A stretch of 61,640 nucleotides of DNA, counting the filler, from Sanchytrium tribonematis (Eukaryota): NCBI GenBank assembly GCA_018985235.1. It is 4 parts of 4 records of this genome, joined end to end, with 100 filler letters (N's around TTAATTAATTAA, not from the genome) between each part and the next. Parts side by side here need not be neighbours in the genome. Positions count along the whole stretch, not along the records: positions 1 to 15,391 come from JADGIG010000151.1; 3 more parts are not named here. One strand, 5' to 3'. Numbering within the stretch: position 1 is the first letter of the stretch; each line of letters begins with the position of its first letter. The translations under genes were made by a program, and so were the position numbers. The notes under the pieces are model-generated. The model was not told where the DNA came from, made no database searches, and saw only the letters and a program-made list of their open reading frames with translations. Shown here piece after piece: positions 1 through 9,948 of this stretch.

Positions 1-129
1 TGGAAACAGCATTAAAAGATTCTAAAACGACTGACTTGAAAGATGATAACCCAGTGGATGATCCAATTGAATAAATTACAATCATTTTGTGATTTTACAA
101 GTTGCGTGATTTTGTTTGATCCCTGTTAA

Positions 130-717
130 ATGTTGATGTTGATATTTGCCATTCTTTCACAGATCCAAAAAACACTCGTATTAGATCTAGACCATACCCT
201 CATTCACGCTATCCCATTCCAATTACCTCCAAATACTAAAATGAATCAAATGACACTCATTGACGATGTCATTATATACTTAGATACCAGTCCCGTTATC
301 CAGATCGATTCCAATTCATATCTATTATGCATAGATCATGAGTATTATAAAGTATATATTCGTCCATTTGCAAGAGAATTGATTGAAATCGCACATTCAA
401 ATCAATATGAAATCATCATTTATACTGCTGCATCACAATATTATGCAGATTTAATCATCCCACTTCTAGATACCCATAATCGAATCACTCTCAATTATTA
501 TAGACAAGATTGTCATGCTTTGTTTTATCAACATCAATTTCATTATTATAAGTACTTGACTGTATTAAATAGAGATATGGATCATTTAATCATGTTGGAT
601 GATAATCCACAATATGTGATGCCAAAAGAGAATGTAGTGGGAATTATTCCATATCAATATGATCAAGAAGATGATGAATTAGAGAAATTTGCAAAAATAT
701 TGGAAAACGTGGGATAA
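130..717 (+). CDS. FCP1/SCP-like (NIF) HAD phosphatase with N-terminal hydrophobic leader, copy 1
   Basis: KTLVLDLDHTLIH (DxDxT motif I), VYIRP, IYTAA (motif II), YYRQDC, K, IMLDDNP (motif IV); leader MLMLIFAILSQ. Confidence 0.9.
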   Translation: MLMLIFAILSQIQKTLVLDLDHTLIHAIPFQLPPNTKMNQMTLIDDVIIYLDTSPVIQIDSNSYLLCIDHEYYKVYIRPFARELIEIAHSNQYEIIIYTAASQYYADLIIPLLDTHNRITLNYYRQDCHALFYQHQFHYYKYLTVLNRDMDHLIMLDDNPQYVMPKENVVGIIPYQYDQEDDELEKFAKILENVG

Positions 718-733
718 ATTCAAGACTATTTAT

Positions 734-1420
734 TTAATCAGTTAATGGATTAAGATTAGGGAGGGTTTCGGCTATCGATTTACCACTTTTCAAGTTATTA
801 GCAATTATCTTAATTAGAGTTTCAACTCTGTTCAAAACATCGTCATTTTCTTCTTTTTCTGTCCAAATAAATGACTTGACTTTTATACTATTCTGCCCTT
901 CAACGAATGAATCTGGATTATCATCAATTAATAGCACATTATCGACATTATCATCCACTATTGATAAATCTTTTTGAAACTTTGGAATGTCAACATCTCC
1001 TATATTTGTACAAGATTCTCTGTAATATTTCACATCAAACAGATCCTTATTAGGATCAAACAGATCATTACTAGGATCAAGATATCGAATAATATCATCT
1101 GCATATTCTCGATTTGCTGCTGTAAAGATACCCACTTTGAATCCCAATTGTTTCGTAAATTGCAGCAATTCTCTGGCATATGGTCTAATTTCGACAATAA
1201 ACTCATTAATTGCAAACACATGAGAACTTCGTTCTTTTGCATTTTCATTAAGCTCATTCAACATCTCATCAGTTAATGCTGACCCACACACTTCAAATGA
1301 CACAGTGCGAATTAATGTAAAGTCTAAATCAAACATGATAGTTATTTGATTCAATGGGTTATTTACATTGACTGCATTGGATGTATACATTGCATAAATT
1401 GCAAGTAAAATGGACAACAT
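734..1420 (-). CDS. FCP1/SCP-like HAD phosphatase with hydrophobic leader, copy 2
   Basis: FDLDFTL, IRPY, IFTAANREYAD, YRESC, KDLS, LLIDDNP; leader MLSILLAIYAM. Confidence 0.9.
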   Translation of the reverse strand: MLSILLAIYAMYTSNAVNVNNPLNQITIMFDLDFTLIRTVSFEVCGSALTDEMLNELNENAKERSSHVFAINEFIVEIRPYARELLQFTKQLGFKVGIFTAANREYADDIIRYLDPSNDLFDPNKDLFDVKYYRESCTNIGDVDIPKFQKDLSIVDDNVDNVLLIDDNPDSFVEGQNSIKVKSFIWTEKEENDDVLNRVETLIKIIANNLKSGKSIAETLPNLNPLTD

Positions 1421-1640
1421 TTGTTTGAAGAGGAGAGGGCTCCTTTTGCAAGGTCTTCAAATCACATGCATTTGTGATTAATTTGATCCAATCATCAAAG
1501 AGATGGAGTCACACGCGTGTCACCATCAACATGACAGAATTCTATTCGTTCAATTTTGTTGGATGTGATTTGAATCACGTGCTGTATCATGAGATGATTT
1601 GTGGTGTCATTTTGTCATCATTTTGAATCCCTCAAAACAA

Positions 1641-2261
1641 ATGTTGTTTCTACTATATTTATTCAGTCTATTAATCAAACGCAATACTGATAAACACGTC
1701 GTCCATTCACTTGCATCCAATATTGAAAATGAATTCACTATTGTTTTAGATTTAGATGATACCCTCATATATGCAGAATCAATATCCAAATTACATTATT
1801 ACTCCCATATTCTACATAAATCAAAAGGAAATGCATTGCAAATTGATGATGAATATTATATTGTGCATATTCGACCATTTGCACTTGAATTTATTCAAAA
1901 TTTACATGCATTAAATTACGAATTGATTTTATTTACAGCTTCATTACAGCCATATGCAGATGCTGTTATGAAATTAATAGATCCAAATCAATTGGTAAAA
2001 AGACGATATTATAGATCAGATTGTACACCCGTGTATTTAAATGGTAAATTGAGTTGGCATCAAAAAGATTTGACGAAATTGAATCAAAATATAGATAATA
2101 TTTTACTCATTGATGATAATGACTATTCATTTCTTGAAACACAACAAAATAACAAATGTTTGATTCCCAAATATTCTGAATATTATTTGAATAATAAAGC
2201 AGATCATACCTTGTTGAAAATGTATGAAGAATTTCGATTTTTAACGAGTTTACATCAATAA
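1641..2261 (+). CDS. FCP1/SCP-like HAD phosphatase with hydrophobic leader, copy 3
   Basis: First ATG at 1641 (MLFLLYLFSLL); LDLDDTL, IRPF, LFTASLQPYAD, YRSDC, KDL, LLIDDN. Confidence 0.9.
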   Translation: MLFLLYLFSLLIKRNTDKHVVHSLASNIENEFTIVLDLDDTLIYAESISKLHYYSHILHKSKGNALQIDDEYYIVHIRPFALEFIQNLHALNYELILFTASLQPYADAVMKLIDPNQLVKRRYYRSDCTPVYLNGKLSWHQKDLTKLNQNIDNILLIDDNDYSFLETQQNNKCLIPKYSEYYLNNKADHTLLKMYEEFRFLTSLHQ

Positions 2262-2280
2262 ATAATGGATATTTGCAAAA

Positions 2281-2818
2281 ATGATGATGATTTTAATGAT
2301 ATTTGCATTATTTAGCAGTCGATATAAATCACCTATTGATAAAATGTCAAAGAAATACATCAAGACACTCGTATTAGATTTAGATTTGACTTTAATTAAT
2401 TGTCAATTCATTTCTGAAGAAGATTATGAAAAATACAAATATAAAAAAGTGGAAATCTCGTTAATCAGCCCAAAGGTTGATAATATACAATATTATCTCC
2501 GTGTATATATCCGGCCATATGCTATAGATCTCATTAAATCAGCACATGAATTAAACTATGAAATCATTATTTTTACAACTGCATTGGGGTTTGGGGAATA
2601 ATGTATTAATAATTGATGATGATGCATTTGTCATAAAATATCAACGAGAAAATGCTATTCAGGTTCAACAATATAATGGGGTTAATGATGATGAATTGAA
2701 GAATATCATTCCACATTTAATAAAATTAATGGAATATAAAAGGACAGTCCCAGAATATTTAAAATCAAACAATTTGATTGCATGTGATGATGCAGTCAGT
2801 GGATGTGCTATTTCATAA
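2281..2818 (+). pseudogene. FCP1/SCP-like phosphatase copy 4, internally deleted and frameshifted
   Basis: Frame 1 has LDLDLTL...YIRPY...IIIFTTA, then jumps at about 2590-2600 to NNVLIIDDD in another frame; the roughly 50 aa YAD..YR..C..KDL segment seen in sister copies is absent. Confidence 0.75.
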
Positions 2819-2951
2819 TAAATTGTTGCAAATGGTCTCACATGATCACCAAATGACACGTCAAATGATGTATCACGGGATACAATATGGTGTCATTTTG
2901 TACACAGTTGTGACGTCATTTGTTTGATCCCATTTCAATCCCTGTATTTTG

Positions 2952-4124
2952 ATGTTGCTGCTTTTAATTCATGTCATTTCATATTTGGCACCGACTCCTG
3001 CCACATTGCTGCCAGATTTAATTGATAAATCCAAAAAGACAATTGTCATTGAATTACTCGATACATTACTCTTCATCAAAAACTCTCCTATACCCAATCC
3101 AAATACTCATTTGGTTATTATATTTGAAAATAAGCCCATTTATGTCTATGTTCGCACTTATGCAATGCATCTAATTAAAACAGCATACAAATCAAATTAT
3201 GAAATAGTCATATTTACAAGACTCTCTAAAGTGAAAGCATTGCAACTCATGCAGAGATTAGAAATACAAAAACATGTTCATCATTTATTAGCACAAGAAT
3301 CTTTAACATCGTACAATAACTTCGATGGTAGTACCTCTCTGATCAAAGATTATTCCCGATTAAATAGAAATATGAAAAATGTCTTGATTTTAGATAATCA
3401 ACCCAATGCCCTTACAAATTATCCTGTAAATATGATTATAGTCCCTAGTTATACAATGATTAATAATACGGATAGTATATTAAATGATTATGCTAATGCT
3501 TTAAACAAAACTATTCCTTATATTGTAGAATTATTTCGTAAAATAGTCGTATTTGATTTAGATGATACCTTGTTTCACGCGCAACAAATTGAAGAACAGG
3601 ATTATAATCCAAATAATAGTCATCATATTAAAGACGGTGATTATTATGTCAATGTGCGCCCAGATGCCATTCATCTTATAGAAGCAGCATATGCATTAAA
3701 TTATAAAATAGTTGTATTTACTGCTGCTGAACAAACTTATGCAGATCAAATGATTGAATTAATTGATCCAAATCATAGAATACATCACAGATTATATAGA
3801 GACAGTTGTTACATTAATGAATCTGGCAATTTTATAAAAAACTTGTCAGAATTGAAGAAATTAGACATATTTGTTGATTCAATGTATAACAATGTCATTA
3901 TGTTTGATGATAATCCATGGACTTTATCAACAAATTCAAATAATGTCGTATTGGTGCCACCCTACTCAGTTAGCTTAATAGAAGGGAAAAAAGATAGAAT
4001 CTTACAAGTTTATATTCAGTTATTAAAAATGATAGTCTCTAGCAGAGAAAGTATTCCATCACTACTTAAACGATATAAAATAGTACCAAGAAGCAAGATC
4101 AATTCTAATCTACTTAGTAAATAA
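2952..4124 (+). CDS. Two-domain FCP1/SCP-like phosphatase, copy 5 (degenerate N-domain plus intact C-domain)
   Basis: Domain 1 IELLDTL...IFTRL...KDYS...ILDNQP; domain 2 FDLDDTL...VRPD...FTAAEQTYAD...YRDSC...MFDDNP; leader MLLLLIHVISYLA. Confidence 0.88.
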   Translation: MLLLLIHVISYLAPTPATLLPDLIDKSKKTIVIELLDTLLFIKNSPIPNPNTHLVIIFENKPIYVYVRTYAMHLIKTAYKSNYEIVIFTRLSKVKALQLMQRLEIQKHVHHLLAQESLTSYNNFDGSTSLIKDYSRLNRNMKNVLILDNQPNALTNYPVNMIIVPSYTMINNTDSILNDYANALNKTIPYIVELFRKIVVFDLDDTLFHAQQIEEQDYNPNNSHHIKDGDYYVNVRPDAIHLIEAAYALNYKIVVFTAAEQTYADQMIELIDPNHRIHHRLYRDSCYINESGNFIKNLSELKKLDIFVDSMYNNVIMFDDNPWTLSTNSNNVVLVPPYSVSLIEGKKDRILQVYIQLLKMIVSSRESIPSLLKRYKIVPRSKINSNLLSK

Positions 4125-4169
4125 TTGGGGCATCAAATGATCCATCACGCGTTTGATCCCTGTATTTTC

Positions 4170-4460
4170 ATGTTGATGATTTTATGGGATGGTACCAAAA
4201 ATGATCCAGATGAATATGTTAAAGATTTATTGCAATTAAATCGAGATTTGAGAAATGTGATTTTTTTAGATGATCATCCGTCTTCATTTCGATATCAACC
4301 CAATTATGCCATATTGGTGCCAAAATACTCGATAAATTTGAAGAATAATGTACGGGATACTATATTGGATCTATATAGCAAGTGGTTGACTGAAATAGCT
4401 GATAATCCCAAAGATATGGCAGATTTAATACTCGATTTCAAATTAAAGCATTATTTATAA
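4170..4460 (+). pseudogene. FCP1/SCP-like phosphatase copy 6, N-terminal catalytic half deleted
   Basis: Same upstream GTTTGATCCCTGT motif as copy 1 and an MLMIL start, fused directly to YVKDLLQLNRDLRNVIFLDDHP; no DxDxT motif. Confidence 0.75.
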
Positions 4461-4692
4461 TCAATCTACATAATAAATACGCTATCACGATGTCATTTAC
4501 ATGGCAATCACAATCATTTTAGTATCGACTCCTTTTATTTGTTGATTGGTTCTTTTAAATTGTGTATTCAATTGCCATGTGTGAGATGGTCGTACATGAT
4601 ATTACAAATGAATGTGATTTGTAGAGATTAATGATGTACTCTGATCATTGAATACAAATTAATTCGAGTGAGCTCCTATTCAAACAGAAAAA

Positions 4693-5424
4693 ATGTTGCT
4701 GATTTTGATGATGATGTTTGCAGTGCCAATGAAGGACGAACCTGATGATTCTGTTTTTACTGAAAAAAATGTGGCTCCTCCAAATGATGGCGACGAGTGG
4801 GGACCGTTGTCTGAAGAAGACCAAATTGTTCAATTAGGAAAGACAGTCATATTTGATTTGGATTATACACTAGTAAGGAGCAAAATTACTTTTGTTGAGG
4901 ACCGCAACAATGCAAATCGAATTTTTGTCATAAGATTAATTGATGGCAAATATACAAAGTTGTGGTATGATGTTCAAATAAGACCATACGCCATTGATTT
5001 ACTTAAAACTGTTAAAAATTTGGGATTCAATGTTGGTATTTTCACAGCATCTGAGCAGGATTATGCAGATGAAATCATTAAATTGTTGGATCCAGATAAT
5101 GATATTATTACGCAGAGATTGTACAGAGATAGCTGTATTCCTGTTTACAATGATGAAATCAGCACTAAAGTTGATTATTACATGAAAGATTTGACTAAAG
5201 TGAAGGGAGACTTGGATAATATGGTGTTGGTAGACGATGACGATCGTGTGGTGTTTAAAGGGCAAAACCATATACCAGTCAATTCATACTTTGGTGAAAA
5301 TGGCGACCATGAGTTGCGTCAGGTTGGAGTATTGCTCAATGAAATTGCCAGATCAAAAGAAGAATCGATTTCAGAAACCCTTGCAGAATTGTGGGCACGA
5401 CGCGAAAGATCAAACACCATTTAA
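4693..5424 (+). CDS. FCP1/SCP-like HAD phosphatase with hydrophobic leader, copy 7
   Basis: FDLDYTL, IRPY, IFTASEQDYAD, YRDSC, KDL, VLVDDD; leader MLLILMMMFA followed by an acidic linker. Confidence 0.9.
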   Translation: MLLILMMMFAVPMKDEPDDSVFTEKNVAPPNDGDEWGPLSEEDQIVQLGKTVIFDLDYTLVRSKITFVEDRNNANRIFVIRLIDGKYTKLWYDVQIRPYAIDLLKTVKNLGFNVGIFTASEQDYADEIIKLLDPDNDIITQRLYRDSCIPVYNDEISTKVDYYMKDLTKVKGDLDNMVLVDDDDRVVFKGQNHIPVNSYFGENGDHELRQVGVLLNEIARSKEESISETLAELWARRERSNTI

Positions 5425-5452
5425 TTTAATAAATCAATGAATGAAATCAATT

Positions 5453-6746
5453 TTATTTATGAAAACATCTATCAATTTGTTCATCTGTTTCACCATCCAT
5501 TATTTTCTTGACAGTCAATAAAGTACAAATACCCATACTCAATAATGCAAATATAATTAATCCGATATTAGATATCCTTCTCATATTACTATTATGACAT
5601 GCTTTTAAATGTAATAGAGGGGGGAAAATGAAACTAATTGGAATGCAAACAAATACGCCAGTTAAAGAGACAAATAAATCTAAAATACCACTAAAACACC
5701 ATGCAGCTAAACAGACGACTATAACGACACATATTCTAAAGACGGATCTTTGTAATTCGGTGGATTTGGATGTTTTGTGGCCTAAATGGGGATCAGGGAA
5801 TAATGGGGCTTCCATGATTTCCATAGCGGGAAATAATTGGAGTGGGACACTGACTGAGATGGCAAATACATAACCAATCTGTAATACTTGCAGGAAGATG
5901 CCATTTGGCATATTGAGGAGAATGATGGTTTCAGTTGATTTGCCAAATACTAGAGATGAAAAGGAGCCTACGACGCAGTACATGATGGTGAGAAATATGA
6001 TGGATATTTTCAGACATTTGCCGAATTTGGAAGGATCTGCCATTGCTTGACGAACCGGAACGACTAAATAAATAAAAATGACCTAAACCGATGCCTTCAA
6101 ATGCACTGATTGCAATACCGTAAAATAAGACCATACTAGAGATATTAGAAGACATTTTCCATTCTAAATCATGGTCGGATACGCCTTTAATGTCATTCCA
6201 AAGCACATAAATGATACTTAGAAAAATAGCCACATTTCCAACTAATGCGACATTTGCAAAGTTCTTCATCTGTCTAATGAGAACTAGAGGAATGTAAATG
6301 ACTAATTGAGCCATAATCAGCAGAAAGAAGTCATGTACTTGTGTTTTACATTGAGATAATGTAGAAATTAAATCTTTTAAATTACTGGCTACAAAGATAA
6401 TGTAGATCATTGCAAATGAGAATTGAGCAATGGCAATACTAAGGAGGACTATGCCTTTGAATTTGGGACCATATAAAGTGGCTGCAATGTCTTGATAACT
6501 GCCAGGAACCACTGATGCTGCTTCTGCTAATAATAAAAGACCCCATAAACTCACAGATGCTGAGAAGACTAGAAAGAATAGAGATGGGATTAATCCGGCT
6601 ACATAGAATGCCTTTGGAAGGAATATAATGCCAGTGCCTAGAAAGGATTTGATTAATAAAAACAGAGTTTTGTTAAAACTGGCTCCACCTTCTTCTGCTA
6701 TAAAACTACCATTAGTTAATCGTTTTTGCTTGGTGTCAATGATCAT
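5453..6746 (-). CDS. AAAP-family (AVT3/AVT4-like) amino acid transporter; 19-nt intron 6064-6082
   Basis: LIKSFLGTGIIFLPKAF; splicing gtcatttttatttatttag gives AFEGIGLVVPVRQAMADP and joins the two ORFs; PLQLFPA, FIFPPLLHLK. Confidence 0.9.
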
Positions 6747-7177
6747 TTTGTATTTTCAATTTGCCAATTGGATTTGGGAGATTTGAGATTATAAAATATT
6801 TGTCAGTCTCACATGATGTCGCAGATGTAACGTGACCCGCTTTGTACCCCATATTGGCCAATCACGTCATTGTATTTGCCATTGTGATCTGTTGGGGGTA
6901 TTATCCCTGTTATCTAGTGACGATTAATTTATTTTAGAGAATGTTGTGTGAAAATGGTCAAAATGAGTCACTTTAACTAACAAATTAGGAAAATGCACGC
7001 ACCAGTAATTCCATTAATCAATAGCAACAAATTCGATCCATTTCAATGAGGGTCATTCATTTGCCCATCTGACAAATATCGCCATCAGATGATTCACGTG
7101 TTCAAAAACAGCACATCCAAATTGCGCACCTATCTCATCATCCTTTTCTTTTTAAACTAGCTAGTCACACATTCTAA

Positions 7178-7768
7178 ATGATCATCTTCACACTGTTACT
7201 CGCAAATCTAAACACACAAAGTCGTTGCCCATCTTCAATCACAATTCATTCTTCTGAAATGTCTCCTAAGCAATATCAACTTCTCCAATTCATCCAATCT
7301 GTTCTTGATGATGTCCCAGAAGACCAAATCAATCATGATTTACAATCTTTTGATGCTTATCGATTGTTAAATGCAATTAAAGATCAAGATTCTGCAATTG
7401 AGAAATTAGTAAGTCAATCGCATTTAGGTGATTTAACCAGTATCAAACATGTCACAGAGGCATTAAACCAGTTCACTGCCACTAATACTGTCCGCCAAGT
7501 GAGTCGATTCAGTAAACGACAAAATAGAATCACCGTTCTTGGAGTTACTCGATTTACAATTGTCATTGCTGGTATTGTTTTTTATGCAGTTTGGTCGGGA
7601 CATCATGGAGAAAAGGGTAAAAAATTATCTTATGGTGGAATGGGTGCCTATTTAACAATTCTAGCTGAATTACTTGCTAGTTATTTAGATCAAAAATGTT
7701 TTAGAAAAAGACCACTTGTAGATAATTCAAGCACAGAACAGGCACAAAACACCGAGTCTGAAGCATAA
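7178..7768 (+). CDS. Hypothetical protein with short hydrophobic leader and two C-terminal hydrophobic segments
   Basis: 196-aa ORF; MIIFTLLLA leader; FTIVIAGIVFYAVW and GAYLTILAELLASY segments. Confidence 0.6.
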   Translation: MIIFTLLLANLNTQSRCPSSITIHSSEMSPKQYQLLQFIQSVLDDVPEDQINHDLQSFDAYRLLNAIKDQDSAIEKLVSQSHLGDLTSIKHVTEALNQFTATNTVRQVSRFSKRQNRITVLGVTRFTIVIAGIVFYAVWSGHHGEKGKKLSYGGMGAYLTILAELLASYLDQKCFRKRPLVDNSSTEQAQNTESEA

Positions 7769-8076
7769 GTAAAACAAATTTTTTGATTTGAAAATCAAAA
7801 GGCCATTTGGGAAGCCTTTTATGGCACACAGATCTCTGCACGGAAATATCTATGACATTAATGATTTTAATGACACAGATTCTTTGAATACAATCACCGA
7901 TTATGATTGATATAAAATTGTTCTGTGTCATTGATAAAGAGGCCTCTGCACGGAAATTCTGCCCAATAAAAGGCTCTAAAATATTTGCCAAAAAGTATAA
8001 ATACCCACGCTGCCCCATTTATTATCAATGAAGTTCTACAATTCACCAGCATATCTACCAAACGCAATTAGTTATC

Positions 8077-8784
8077 ATGCTTCAAGTTCTTACATTTGTG
8101 CAACTGATATGCACACAAGCTCCAAATCAAAATGACTGGACTGGAATCAAATTACCAAGCAAGGTGAAATATGTCAACTCATTCACCGTTTATGGCGAGG
8201 AAATTTACATTCTTGATGACACACACACATTGTGGTACAAGAAGGATATGGGAGATTTGAGAAACCAACAAGATGATTGGATTTTGAAACCTCACATTCA
8301 ATTCACGACAATCAATGTGGCTCCAGATATGCTTGGTGGCATTACTTTAAATGGGACATTTATGGCGTTTAACTACAAGACCAAGGAAATGGAAAATCCG
8401 TTTCTTGGCGATGTTGCCACTCAATCCTCCATTTCTTCGGTGGACTATTTTTGCGCATTAGTACATCCAAAACTAAAGAGCGGAAGAGCCAGATCATCCT
8501 CCGCTCAAAGTAGTGTGAAATGTCAATTTGGACACGGGACAGAAATTCAGACTTTGGAATCCAAAGTACAATTTATTCAAATTCAGTATTTCCATAACGT
8601 GGATGATAGAATGCTTATTTTTGCATTAGGAATCGACGGAAAGATCTATGTTTGGACTGATGGTGGATGGGTTGCAACGGAAAATGAAAAAATTTATAGC
8701 CAATTCCATATCGCAGCTTACAAAAAGGATGATTTTATTGTTTACGGCGTTGAAAAGTCAGAAAATACCAGAGTGCTTAGTTGA
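8077..8784 (+). CDS. Hypothetical secreted beta-rich protein, possibly a tectonin-like propeller
   Basis: Short leader; blade-like motifs IYILDDTHTLWYK and IFALGIDGKIYVW. Confidence 0.55.
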   Translation: MLQVLTFVQLICTQAPNQNDWTGIKLPSKVKYVNSFTVYGEEIYILDDTHTLWYKKDMGDLRNQQDDWILKPHIQFTTINVAPDMLGGITLNGTFMAFNYKTKEMENPFLGDVATQSSISSVDYFCALVHPKLKSGRARSSSAQSSVKCQFGHGTEIQTLESKVQFIQIQYFHNVDDRMLIFALGIDGKIYVWTDGGWVATENEKIYSQFHIAAYKKDDFIVYGVEKSENTRVLS

Positions 8785-8927
8785 GAATAAATTGGATCAG
8801 GATCATTTTATATTGTTTTTTACTACTTAACTGACTTCTAAATTTAGAAACAAAATCCAAGCCACATCAATTCCATTGGTTTAAAAATGCTATAAATAGT
8901 AAACTAGTCCCTCATGGTAGGCCACAA

Positions 8928-9934
8928 ATGTTACTGACTACTCTTTATGGGAAACCAGTGATTTCTGATGCACCATTCGCACTCAGCCAATGCTCTAATA
9001 CACCCTATAAAGTCCAACAAACCAATTCATTGACATTCATAACCACGAGTTATAGCTATAAAGCACTCCCAGATGGATTATACGACATCTACATGGATTT
9101 CCAAAATACTGAGAATGTCAATATCACTTTAAAAAACTGTGATTTGAGTAATCAGTGTGATTTAATGAAAGCATACACGTATACACAGTTGAAGAGTGGT
9201 GTGACTGTTAATTTCACTGCATTTGAATATGATTCCAACTTTATTGAGTACGATTTCCAATCATCCAGTAGTTTAAAAGTAGAAACGACGCGTGTAGAAG
9301 TGTGTCAACATGGCAAGACAGATTTAGATAGTTGTTACGGGATTAGAGTGTGTTCTGTATTAGATTTGACTGTTTTTGACTATAGCAGTGTCAAATGCCG
9401 GGTGAGTCAAAAATTATTAAATGTAGATTATAAGACCAGGTATAAATTCAATTTAACAGAAAATAATGGACCCATTCAAGGTGATCCACAATTAACACAT
9501 GTCTTCATGTCATTTTCAAACGATTCTTTCTCTGAAAATGAGATGCAAGTCTCTGCTGATGCATTTGGTGGTATTGAATTATTAGATGATAAAAGTGGAT
9601 ATTATTATCCAACATTAACTGATTTAGCCATGGGTGTGCGCATGACATCCACGAATGCATCCTCCATCACATTTGATTTTGGATTATATTCTGAAAAGAG
9701 AAATTTGACTCAAACCAGTCAAGTCGTGTGTAGCAATAATAAATGCATTGGATGGATGAGTCAAGCTTGTCCCGTCAATTATGTGGCACCTGGACCTGTA
9801 AATTATTATTTATTTAGACTGGTACTGGCAATAATGGATTAGTTTCAACCACTTCTAGCCCACAAGTCACACAGACATCTGGAGTAGCTCAATTGACTGT
9901 ATTATTGACTGTGTTGACTGTGTTATTGTTTTAA
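8928..9934 (+). CDS. Putative GPI-anchored Cys-containing surface protein; 20-nt intron 9798-9817
   Basis: Splicing gtaaattattatttatttag extends the ORF into S/T-rich TGTGNNGLVSTTSSPQVTQTSG plus hydrophobic tail VAQLTVLLTVLTVLLF-stop. Confidence 0.75.
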
Positions 9935-9948
9935 TTAGTAAATATGTG

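Noticed and set aside
1..73. 3' end of an upstream ORF (ETALKDSKTTDLKDDNPVDDPIE-stop)
   Set aside because: Too short to identify; it may be another array member but cannot be supported
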